The notes below the pieces were generated by a model. That model worked only from the letters and a program-made list of their open reading frames with translations. It ran no database searches and was not told the origin of the DNA. 64,000 nt of DNA from Gemmatimonadales bacterium (GTDB lineage: Bacteria > Gemmatimonadota > Gemmatimonadetes > Gemmatimonadales > GWC2-71-9). The stretch spans positions 9,686 through 73,685 of the forward strand of contig DATHKX010000205.1 of the NCBI GenBank assembly GCA_035488835.1. The letters are read 5' to 3'. Both the position numbers and the translations under genes were made by a program. This document shows, in pieces, positions 47,407 through 55,137 of the stretch. Each line of letters begins with the position of its first letter. Within the stretch, counting starts at the first letter, position 1.

Positions 47407-47847
47407 ATGGATGAGACGCTCGAAGCCGGTGTGGTGCTGGTGCGTGGGAGCGCAGCCGGGTTTGCGCAGAAGATCGCAGCCGGTCGCCATCGTTTTGTGG
47501 GGGACGAGCCGGTTGCCGACGGCGGCACCGATACCGGCCCCGGTCCGTACGACCTCCTCCTCGGTGCCCTCGGCGCCTGAACGTCGATGACCATCGCGCT
47601 GTACGCGCGACGGAAGCAGTGGCCTCTCGACGACGTAGAGGTCCGTTTGCGGCATTCGAGGGTGCATGCGCAGGATTGTCGTGATTGCGACACGAAGGAG
47701 GGAATGCTTGACGTGATAGAGTGCGAGATCGCACTGAACGGCGAGCTTTCCGCGGAGCAACGGAACCGCTTACGCGAGATCGCGGAACGGTGTCCGGTGC
47801 ACCGCACGCTCACCTCAGAGATCAAGATCCGGACGCGACTGATCTGA
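47407..47847 (+). CDS. OsmC/Ohr-family peroxiredoxin-like protein interrupted by one in-frame TGA (47578-47580) at the conserved Cys position (Sec candidate or pseudogene)
   Basis: ORFs 47248..47580 and 47587..47847 are in the same frame. Joined, they read ...[14 protein letters not shown][TGA][12 protein letters not shown]...[11 protein letters not shown]. The family consensus at this point is ALxxC followed by a second Cys in a CPV context. ATG at 47407 gives a ~146-aa product, typical for OsmC. Confidence 0.6.
47594..47610 (+). other. Small GC hairpin 13 nt downstream of the in-frame TGA (candidate bacterial SECIS core)
   Basis: TCGCGC-TGTAC-GCGCGA: 6-bp stem, 5-nt loop containing GU. The loop starts 19 nt after the UGA. 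An outer CGTCGA/TCGACG pairing (47582-47587 with 47627-47632) is possible. Confidence 0.3.
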
Positions 47848-47876
47848 CCGCCCCCTAGATCAAGTTCTCTCCGTCT

Positions 47877-48089
47877 TCAGTCGCCTTCGTACTTGAAGGA
47901 AACCTTGATCTTCGCGCGATAGCTCTCGACCTTGCCGTCTTTCAGCTGCATGTCGAGTTGCGAGATCTCCGCCACCCGTAGGTCGCGCAGCGTCTTCGCC
48001 GCTAGCTTGACCGCCGCGGCAGCGGCCTTCTCCCAGGACTCGGTGCTGGTCCCGACCAGCTCGATGACTTTATAAACGCTCTCCGCCAT
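47877..48089 (-). CDS. Dodecin family flavin-binding protein
   Basis: 70 aa. SVYKVIELVGTSTESWEKAA ... LRVAEISQLDMQLKDGKVESYRAKIKVSFKYE is the dodecin signature. GGAG RBS 8 nt upstream of the ATG. Confidence 0.8.
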   Translation of the reverse strand: MAESVYKVIELVGTSTESWEKAAAAAVKLAAKTLRDLRVAEISQLDMQLKDGKVESYRAKIKVSFKYEGD

Positions 48090-48162
48090 GTAAGACTCCT
48101 TTCGTCGGTAAACTGCGGGCGCAGTGGCCGCGGGCGCAAGGAGACGGAGCGGCGGCCGCCGG

Positions 48163-48867
48163 TCAGGCGCCCGGCGGCTCGGGGACCACGGGCCACCGCA
48201 CGAGCGCGACGCCGAGAATGATCATGAACGCCGGGAGCAGGTAGTTATTCACAGCCGCGATCGGAGCCACGGCGCCCGTGACGTTGCGGAACATGCCGAG
48301 GAGGCCTAGAACCGCCGTGCCCACGCCGACCGAACCGATCCATTTGTGCGAGCGTGGTGACTCGAGCCAGACAATCGACGTCAGCAGGAAAAATGCGCTG
48401 AAGGAGAGCTCACCCAGAAACTCGCCGATGTAGTTGCCAAGGTATGCATTGAGGCCGTCGAAAACGGCGGCCAGGACCCCCTGCTCCGGCGGGGGCGCGT
48501 GCTCGAATGCCAGGGCGAGGTGCCAATGAACACTGGGCCAGCGCATCAGGCCCAGCATCATGGCGAGCGCGGCGACCCCCGCGAACAGCAAGGCCAGCCG
48601 CATTGGCCCGCGCCGCACGGGAGCCAAGGCCTCATAGGCGGCGACGCCGGCAGGAAGCCATATCAGCGGCAGGAGCGCGTAGACGGCCCAAGCGAGGCGG
48701 CCCTGCTGGCCGGTTGCGAGGAGGCTGGGCAACACCGTGGCCGCCGGGCCATCGAGGACAGCGGGATAGTTGAAGCGGGCCGCGAGGTAGGTGAAGACGC
48801 CAAGGAACGCGATGGCTCCACCGGCGAGACACAGGCCCCCAAATCTGATGACGGCGCGAGTAGTCAC
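48163..48867 (-). CDS. Hypothetical polytopic membrane protein (DUF4386-like)
   Basis: Six or seven hydrophobic helices and a GC3-rich frame. 16 nt downstream of the cysteine synthase stop. Confidence 0.5.
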   Translation of the reverse strand: MTTRAVIRFGGLCLAGGAIAFLGVFTYLAARFNYPAVLDGPAATVLPSLLATGQQGRLAWAVYALLPLIWLPAGVAAYEALAPVRRGPMRLALLFAGVAALAMMLGLMRWPSVHWHLALAFEHAPPPEQGVLAAVFDGLNAYLGNYIGEFLGELSFSAFFLLTSIVWLESPRSHKWIGSVGVGTAVLGLLGMFRNVTGAVAPIAAVNNYLLPAFMIILGVALVRWPVVPEPPGA

Positions 48868-48882
48868 GGTGTCCTTCGCAGT

Positions 48883-49812
48883 CTAGGTCCGAAACACGTC
48901 GGTGCTGAGGTAGCGCAGCCCCGAATCTACCAGGATGGTCGCCACCGTCGCGTCCGGGCCGAGACGGCGGCCAAGCCGAATGGCGGCCACCACGTTCGCG
49001 CCCGATGACGCGCCCGCGAGCAATCCTTCCTCCCGAGCAAGTCGGCGCGTCATGGCCTTGGCGTCCGCGGTCGTGACGGCAATGATCTCGTCGACTTCGT
49101 CAGGCTCCCAGAGCGGTGGGACAAAGCCGATTCCGATGCCCTCGATCTTGTGCGATCCGCTCGGCTGCCCGGACAGGACAGCCGACTCCGCCGGTTCGAC
49201 GGCCGCGACGCGCACGGTGGGCTTGTGCGCACGCAGGCCGCGCGCGACGCCCAGGATGGAGTGGCCGGTACTGACCGAGTGGACGAAAGCGTCAACCTGG
49301 CCGCCGGTCTGATCCCAGATCTCCTCCCCCATCGGGAGGTAGCCGTTGATCGCGTCACGGTTGTTCAGCTGATCGCACCACCAGTAGCTCGGCTGCGCGG
49401 CGAGCTCGTGCGCTCTCGCAAGCATGGCCTTCACGAGCGCCTCCGTAATGAGCCCATGGTCGCTTGGTACATCCTCGACCGTCGCACCGAAGGCCCGCAT
49501 GGTCCGCCGTTTCTCGTCGCTGAAGGCATCGGAGAACACGATGTGCAGACCATAGCCCTTGGCAGCGCAAACCAGCGCCAGGGAAATGCCCGTTGTACCC
49601 ATGGTGGCCTCCACCACGGTTCCACCCGGCGGCAGCCGCCCGTCGCGCTCGGCCGCCTCAATCGCCGCACGGGCCATCCGGTCCTTCATGCTCCCGGTCG
49701 GATTGCCCCACTCCAGCTTCGCCACGATGCGAGCGCAGCCAGGCGGAGTAATCTTGCGCAGCTCCGCGATTGGCGTGTTGCCGATGGCGTCCAAGACGGT
49801 CCCCATGTTCAC
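48883..49812 (-). CDS. PLP-dependent cysteine synthase family protein (CysK/CysM/CBS-like)
   Basis: GNTPIAEL, NPTGSMKDRMA (PLP Lys), GTTGISLA, SVSTGHSILG. Confidence 0.85.
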   Translation of the reverse strand: MNMGTVLDAIGNTPIAELRKITPPGCARIVAKLEWGNPTGSMKDRMARAAIEAAERDGRLPPGGTVVEATMGTTGISLALVCAAKGYGLHIVFSDAFSDEKRRTMRAFGATVEDVPSDHGLITEALVKAMLARAHELAAQPSYWWCDQLNNRDAINGYLPMGEEIWDQTGGQVDAFVHSVSTGHSILGVARGLRAHKPTVRVAAVEPAESAVLSGQPSGSHKIEGIGIGFVPPLWEPDEVDEIIAVTTADAKAMTRRLAREEGLLAGASSGANVVAAIRLGRRLGPDATVATILVDSGLRYLSTDVFRT

Positions 49813-49815
49813 CGC

Positions 49816-50688
49816 CTAGAGCGCCTTTTCAAACCAGTGATGTGCGTATGGCTCGTCGTTGAACGCCGGAACTTCGCGGAAGCCGTTGCGCCGATAGAGC
49901 GATTGGGCCTCTGTAAGGGCCTTGTTGGTTTCGAGCCGCAGCAGCGGCAGCCGCCGTTTCCGCGCGAGCTCTTCGAGACGGAGCAGGATCCGGGTCCCGA
50001 GGCCGAGCCCACGGGCGGAGGTTGCGACCCACATGCGCTTGATCTCGCCATAGGCCGCATGACACTTCAAGGCGCCGCACCCGACTGGCGCTTCGTTCAG
50101 GGTGGCCAGCAGGAAGTAGCCCCGCGGCGGCGTGAGCTCCGCCGGCGCGGCGGATATGCCCCGCGTGGGATCATAGCCGGTCTCGAAGCGGGCCGTCAGT
50201 TCCTCGAAGTAGCGCTCGAGACAATACCGGGCGGCCGGACTCTCGGGAGCCTCCACGGAGAGGCGCACGGCGCTGCTGCGCAGCAGGCGCTCGATGGTCC
50301 CCATGGCAGCGAGCAGGGCCGCGCGTTGTGTTTCCGGAAGGGGGTCGAGGAGCGATGCGGCGGCCTCGTCCGACAGGCGATTCAACACGGCCAGTTCCCT
50401 GCGGCCGGCGGCGGTGAGCGTCACGAACCGCACGCGCGTGTCGCTGGGCGATCGAGTGGTGCGGATGAGTCCTTCTGCCTCGAGATGGCGAAGCAGGCGG
50501 CTGGTGTAGCCTGAGTCCAAGGCGAGGCGGGCACGCAGCTGCCGAATTTCGATGCCATCGGCGCCGATCTCAAAGAGGACGCGGCACGCGCCGAGGGAGC
50601 GAGTGCGGCCGAGAAAGTCCCCCGCCAGCGCCCCGATCTGCTGGGTCACCACGCGATTGAAGGTTCGGACCTGCGCGATACCGTCCAT
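49816..50688 (-). CDS. MarR-type HTH regulator fused to a GNAT acetyltransferase
   Basis: N-terminal winged helix (LGACRVLFEIGADGIEIRQLRARLALDSGYTSRLLRHLEAEGLI). C-terminal GNAT (IKRMWVATSARGLGLGTRILLRLEELA). ATG at 50688 chosen within ORF 49816..50781. Confidence 0.75.
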   Translation of the reverse strand: MDGIAQVRTFNRVVTQQIGALAGDFLGRTRSLGACRVLFEIGADGIEIRQLRARLALDSGYTSRLLRHLEAEGLIRTTRSPSDTRVRFVTLTAAGRRELAVLNRLSDEAAASLLDPLPETQRAALLAAMGTIERLLRSSAVRLSVEAPESPAARYCLERYFEELTARFETGYDPTRGISAAPAELTPPRGYFLLATLNEAPVGCGALKCHAAYGEIKRMWVATSARGLGLGTRILLRLEELARKRRLPLLRLETNKALTEAQSLYRRNGFREVPAFNDEPYAHHWFEKAL

Positions 50689-50817
50689 ATGTCTGACATT
50701 AGTCAGAGAACTGGGCGCAAGCAACTGGGCACTCGGCGTTGGTTCCGCGCCCGTTAGTCCGTAGGCCCGCCACCAGCGCACTGGTTGCAGTCACATCGAG
50801 GAACTGCCGCCGGTCCA

Positions 50818-51228
50818 TCAGTGCCACACGCTCACGATGATCGGTATCACCAGCATCTTGACGAGCCAGTCACCCGCATGGATCGCGGCCACTTTCCACG
50901 GGATGTTCTCCCACAGGACCGATCCCGTGAGAATGATCACGGGGAACCCGATCCACAGGAGGAAGCCGAAGTGCACCGCGCCCATCCAACTGCTGACGCC
51001 GAGTAGCGCCACGAAGCGCGCGATCATGTACGCCAGGACGAGGCACCGCACCAACTCGATGAGGAGCTTCCCCCCGGGAATCTTCGCCCCGGCCATCGCG
51101 GCGACGGGATCCATCCCGCGCAGCCGCATCCACGGCTTGAAGAACAACAGGGGGCTGTACCAGAGCCAGCCCAGCACGAACACCGCGACGGCCGCCACGA
51201 GGACGGCCAGATAGTTCACGTGCACCAT
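50818..51228 (-). CDS. DUF1761 family membrane protein
   Basis: 136 aa, 4 TM. NYLAVLVAAVAVFVLGWLWYSPLLF start, typical of DUF1761. Confidence 0.65.
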   Translation of the reverse strand: MVHVNYLAVLVAAVAVFVLGWLWYSPLLFFKPWMRLRGMDPVAAMAGAKIPGGKLLIELVRCLVLAYMIARFVALLGVSSWMGAVHFGFLLWIGFPVIILTGSVLWENIPWKVAAIHAGDWLVKMLVIPIIVSVWH

Positions 51229-51276
51229 CGCCCACCCCCTCCTTTCACTGTTGCTAGGGCAGCCTGAGAACTCACT

Positions 51277-51726
51277 CTAGAGATCCTTCCGGAAGCACCG
51301 CACGAGGCCAACCTCGGCAAAACCAAGCGCGCGGTGAGCGGCGCCGCTGACCTCGTTGTCTGCCTGCGAGTCCGACGCAAACTCACGACAACCCCGGGAG
51401 CGCCCCCACTGCTCCGCCGCCGCGATCAGCGCACGGCCAACACCGCGACCCCGAGCCTTCGGCGCGACGAACCATCCCTCGAGGTACGCCACGCGGTCGC
51501 CGCGGCAGCCCTCGGCGTGCGGGCGAATCGACAGCTCGGCGAAACCGATCGGGCCCCCTGCTCCGTTCTCGGCGAGGAGGACGGCGAGCGGTTCCCGCGC
51601 GTCGCCGCCGAAGAACCGATCGATCTCCTCGCGGTGCTCAGTCTCGGAACCATCGGGCCAGAGGGCGTGACGTAGCCGAAGCCAGGCCGCGGCGTCGCTG
51701 GGCTTCGCAGGTCGAATTGTGATCAT
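51277..51726 (-). CDS. AAC(6')-I-like aminoglycoside N-acetyltransferase (GNAT)
   Basis: MITIRPAKPSDAAAWLRLRHALWPDGS...H..EI, IGFAELSIRP, AYLEGWFVAPKARGRGVGRALI, CREFASDS...N..S...H.ALGF. These track the AAC(6')-Iy/Iz type pattern as I remember it. Confidence 0.7.
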   Translation of the reverse strand: MITIRPAKPSDAAAWLRLRHALWPDGSETEHREEIDRFFGGDAREPLAVLLAENGAGGPIGFAELSIRPHAEGCRGDRVAYLEGWFVAPKARGRGVGRALIAAAEQWGRSRGCREFASDSQADNEVSGAAHRALGFAEVGLVRCFRKDL

Positions 51727-51774
51727 TGGAGTGAGGTCAGCTCGACGCGTTTCGGATCTAGGGGCAGTCACTTA

Positions 51775-52293
51775 CTAGTACCGTGCGCCCCCCGGGGATC
51801 CCGGCTGCCACACGAACGAATCCCGGGCGTTATACAAGATCTCTCCGCTCTGAGCGCGAACCGTCACGACCGCAGAGACGACCGGCCTATCCAGCAGGTC
51901 TGTCGCCAATCGGGTGAGGAACCTACCCTCGATCGTGACGATGCCCACCTGAGGGTATTCACAGCGAAGATGGATGCTGACCGCACTGATGCGAGCCTCT
52001 AGGCAGGCCGCCACGTCCTCCGTACCGGAAGTGGCTTGGGCGAATGTGACGAGTGCCTCCGGACGAAGGCTGAAGCCGGTGAATCGGAACCGACCGACCG
52101 AAAAGCGATAGCCTGGGACGTATTGCCCTTCGGCGTCTGCCTGAAGCGCTGGTTTGGGCCGCTCCACGGCCGGTGGTGGGAGCGGTTGCTCCGGAGTGGT
52201 AGGCGTGGGCGTGAGGTATAGTACCGCGAGGAAGCCACCCGCGAGACCGACCGCGAGGAGCAGGACGAGTAGAAGGCGACGCTTGCCGGACAT
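51775..52293 (-). CDS. Hypothetical single-pass membrane or secreted protein
   Basis: N-terminal anchor LLLVLLLAVGLAGGFLAVL, a Pro-rich linker, then a beta-rich domain. No recognised motif. Confidence 0.4.
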   Translation of the reverse strand: MSGKRRLLLVLLLAVGLAGGFLAVLYLTPTPTTPEQPLPPPAVERPKPALQADAEGQYVPGYRFSVGRFRFTGFSLRPEALVTFAQATSGTEDVAACLEARISAVSIHLRCEYPQVGIVTIEGRFLTRLATDLLDRPVVSAVVTVRAQSGEILYNARDSFVWQPGSPGGARY

Positions 52294-52320
52294 GAGCCTG
52301 TGGTTACCTAGTCGAGGTTA

Positions 52321-52650
52321 TCACAACGTTTCCCTTTTTGCGGCCCGTGTCGACATAGGCGTGGGCATCGACGATCGGCGATGCCTAATGCGGCGGAACA
52401 GCTTGGCCGCCACAACCAACAGGCCGAGCAACAGCAGGGTCCACACGAGAGCCGATACGGTGACCATGGTGATGACGTACCCCACTCCACCCAAGGCTCG
52501 GTGAGCTTCGAAGAGCCACGCCTGCACCAGATAGCCAGGCACTATCAGAAGGAGCGCTATGGGCTGGTCCGTGTGGTTCAGCGCTCGTGAGCACACGAAT
52601 GCAGCGACCGCGAAGAGCACTGGAGCCGCGACACGGAGTCGGACCGGCAT
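52321..52650 (-). CDS. Hypothetical small membrane protein
   Basis: Three hydrophobic helices. Internal ATG (52650) chosen to avoid overlap with the upstream gene. Weak evidence. Confidence 0.35.
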   Translation of the reverse strand: MPVRLRVAAPVLFAVAAFVCSRALNHTDQPIALLLIVPGYLVQAWLFEAHRALGGVGYVITMVTVSALVWTLLLLGLLVVAAKLFRRIRHRRSSMPTPMSTRAAKRETL

Positions 52651-52655
52651 CGATG

Positions 52656-53093
52656 CTAGTAGGCCGCTCCCTTCCCGCTCCGAATCAGGCGACACAACTC
52701 CTCGGGCTCATCCGTCCCAACTCGCAGTCGCCGACCATCCCCCAGCGTCAGCTGCACCGCCCCCCCGCTCGCCACATTGTAGAGCCAGCCGTCGGGAGTC
52801 CAGTGGATCCCGCTGCCATACCACCAGGGGCTCGTTACGGGCGTGCATGACAGAATCTGGGAAAGGGCGAAGGAACGCCGCATCACGCCCGGCCCGAACC
52901 AAAACGTAAAGCGCTGTTCATCTACCTGGGTGGTCAGGGAACCAAAGAGGAAGGCTGCCGTGAGCAAGGCCACGAGCACGATGCCGAGAACGAGGACGGG
53001 GCCCGTTCTCGCGACTAGGAGCCCGGCGGCGACTGCCCCAGTGCCAAGCAGGATGCCGATGGTGCGATGGCCAACTTGGGTGTGCTTGTACAT
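52656..53093 (-). CDS. Hypothetical membrane protein (two TM segments plus a small beta domain)
   Basis: TIGILLGTGAVAAGLLVA and VLVLGIVLVALLTAAFLF helices, followed by a ~80-aa soluble domain. Confidence 0.45.
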   Translation of the reverse strand: MYKHTQVGHRTIGILLGTGAVAAGLLVARTGPVLVLGIVLVALLTAAFLFGSLTTQVDEQRFTFWFGPGVMRRSFALSQILSCTPVTSPWWYGSGIHWTPDGWLYNVASGGAVQLTLGDGRRLRVGTDEPEELCRLIRSGKGAAY

Positions 53094-53158
53094 GACGTAG
53101 GGAGCGCGAATTGCCTCTGGTCGCTACCGCCGAGCTGAACGATCTCGCGATGACGTCA

Positions 53159-54691
53159 TTAGGGCACCCGCCGTAGATCCGTATTGCTGACGAACGCCAG
53201 GCGCCGGCTGTCGGGCGACCAGGACGGCACGTTGATCGTCCCCTGACCGCCGTACACATAGCCGATGACGCGCGCGCTGCCTCCACCCTCTCGAGTGGAC
53301 ATCACGCGCAGATACACGTGCTTGTAGAACGGGTGGTCACCGGGCGCGACGTCCTTCATGAATGACAGGAAGGCGATCCACTGACCGTCGGGGGACATAT
53401 GCGGAAACCAATTATTGTACCGGTCGCTCGTGACCTGCTCCTGGGCGCTCCCATCCGCTCGCATCCGCCAGATTTGCATGGTCCCGCTCCTGACGGAGTT
53501 GAAGTAGATGTACTTCCCGTCAGGCGAGTATTCCGGCCCGTCGTCCAACCCCGGCGTATTCGTGAGACGCGTCTCGTCCCCTCCATCCGCCGAGATGCGG
53601 TACACGTCGAACTCGTCGTTCCGCTCACCGGTGTAGACCAGGAACCGCCCGTCGGGCGACCAGCCATGCAGGTACGACGGGCCCAGCGCGGTGATCCGTC
53701 GTGGCGTCCCGCCCTCGACCGGTACCGTGTACACGATCGACGCGTCGTGATCGTCCGCGCTGTGGTGGCTGATCGCGATGGTCCGCCCGTCGAACGAAAG
53801 GACGTGATCGTTGTTATTGCTGGTGGCAAAACCGGTATTCACGACCACTGGTCGCCGATCTGTGAGGTCGAAGCGATACAACAGGCCTCGACTGTTGTAA
53901 ATCAGCGCCTTGCCGTCCTTGGTCCAGTTAGGCGCCTGGAGCGACTCGGGCGAGCGGTACACGGTCGTACGGTCCCCGCTCGCGACATCGAGGACCTCCA
54001 GGTCGCTCCCGATGTAGTCCTGGTACGGCACGAACCCGTCGCGCGCTGGTGCGGTGATTCGTACGTCGCGGAAGGTGGCGCGCTCGACCACGGTGTCGTT
54101 ATGCGCGCACACAAACAGCCCGACATAGGGTTGGTCGCCGAGCTCCAGGTCGGGGACCCGTACCGCCACCAGGGTGTCGCCGAAGCGGGCCGCCGATAGG
54201 ACGTAGCTGTTCCCCACTCGCTCGAGTTGAATGACGTCCGGTGCGCTCACGGGCGAGCGGATCTCTTCGGTCGCACCGCGGGGAGTGCGGCGGAACTGCA
54301 GCGCCACGAGCCCATCTCCATGGACCGCCGCCGTCACGTGCGGCGAGCCGCTTCCGAGGCTGGAGCGTACCGTCCAGCCGAACTTGCGATGCGGCTCCAC
54401 GCCCGGCCCTTCGAACTGTGCCCGCGCGGTCAGGATGACATTTCCCTCGATACGCCTCCAGAGGAAATGGAAGGCGTCGCGGTCGGACCACATGTTCGCG
54501 CCTGACCCCGCGATCGTGTAGCGCCCCCGCCCGGCGTCGTAGGTGACTGAGCCCCGCCTGGTCACCTGGCCCACGTCGCCATGACCCTGGAAATCACCCA
54601 AAGCTGACTGTTGAGCAGGCGCCCGGGCGGGCGCAACCGCGAGACACCCGGCGACCATCGACCATCCGAGCAGGCTCGAGGCGCGCATCAT
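53159..54691 (-). CDS. Secreted TolB-like WD40 beta-propeller protein with an N-terminal beta-sandwich domain
   Basis: Signal peptide. PD40 repeats (WSPDGRFLVYTG, YSPDGKYIYFNS, MSPDGQWIAFLS, WSPDSRRLAFVS). The ATG overlaps the dut stop (ATGA). Confidence 0.8.
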   Translation of the reverse strand: MMRASSLLGWSMVAGCLAVAPARAPAQQSALGDFQGHGDVGQVTRRGSVTYDAGRGRYTIAGSGANMWSDRDAFHFLWRRIEGNVILTARAQFEGPGVEPHRKFGWTVRSSLGSGSPHVTAAVHGDGLVALQFRRTPRGATEEIRSPVSAPDVIQLERVGNSYVLSAARFGDTLVAVRVPDLELGDQPYVGLFVCAHNDTVVERATFRDVRITAPARDGFVPYQDYIGSDLEVLDVASGDRTTVYRSPESLQAPNWTKDGKALIYNSRGLLYRFDLTDRRPVVVNTGFATSNNNDHVLSFDGRTIAISHHSADDHDASIVYTVPVEGGTPRRITALGPSYLHGWSPDGRFLVYTGERNDEFDVYRISADGGDETRLTNTPGLDDGPEYSPDGKYIYFNSVRSGTMQIWRMRADGSAQEQVTSDRYNNWFPHMSPDGQWIAFLSFMKDVAPGDHPFYKHVYLRVMSTREGGGSARVIGYVYGGQGTINVPSWSPDSRRLAFVSNTDLRRVP

Positions 54692-55137
54692 AAGCCCGTG
54701 CTCCCAAACCCTCCCCCACCCCGCTCGCTCGGCGGCAGCTCCGCCACCTCCTCGAGCTGCACCAGCTGCACCCGCTGAAACACGAGCTGCGCGATGCGCG
54801 TGCCGCGCGTCACCACCACCGGCTCGGTGCCGAGGTTGATCATCGGGATCATCAGCTCGCCGCGATAGTCGGAATCGATGGTGGCGGGTGCATTGGGAAG
54901 GGTGAGGCCGTGCTTCAACGCGAGCCCCGAGCGGGGCCGCACCTGGGCTTCGTAGCCGTCCGGGATCGCGAGCGCCAGCCCGGTCCGCACCAACCGGCGC
55001 TCGAGCGGCGAAAGGGTAAAGTCCGCCTCGGCACTGTGCACGTCGTATCCGGCGGAGCCGGCTGTCTGTCGCGTCGGCAACGGGAGCCCGTCGTGGTGCG
55101 GTAGCCGGCGCACCTGTACCACCGGCACCCGCGTCAC
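54688..55137 (-). CDS. dut: dUTP diphosphatase
   Basis: SAGYDV, RSGLALKHG, IDSDYRGEL, GGFGSTG. GTG at 55137 overlaps the pfp stop (GTGA). Confidence 0.92.
   Translation of the reverse strand: MTRVPVVQVRRLPHHDGLPLPTRQTAGSAGYDVHSAEADFTLSPLERRLVRTGLALAIPDGYEAQVRPRSGLALKHGLTLPNAPATIDSDYRGELMIPMINLGTEPVVVTRGTRIAQLVFQRVQLVQLEEVAELPPSERGGGGFGSTGL

Noticed and set aside
47587-47847. 86-aa ORF as an independent gene
   Set aside because: It is the C-terminal half of an OsmC fold, in frame with the upstream ORF and separated from it by only TGA plus two codons. Half a domain is unlikely to be a functional stand-alone gene. I treated it as one interrupted gene (Sec candidate or pseudogene).
48090-48162. 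Direct repeat TGCGCCCGC x2 between the DUF4386-like gene and dodecin as a terminator
   Set aside because: The copies are direct, not inverted. Only a 5-bp CTGCG/CGCAG palindrome with a 2-nt loop can form, which is sterically implausible.
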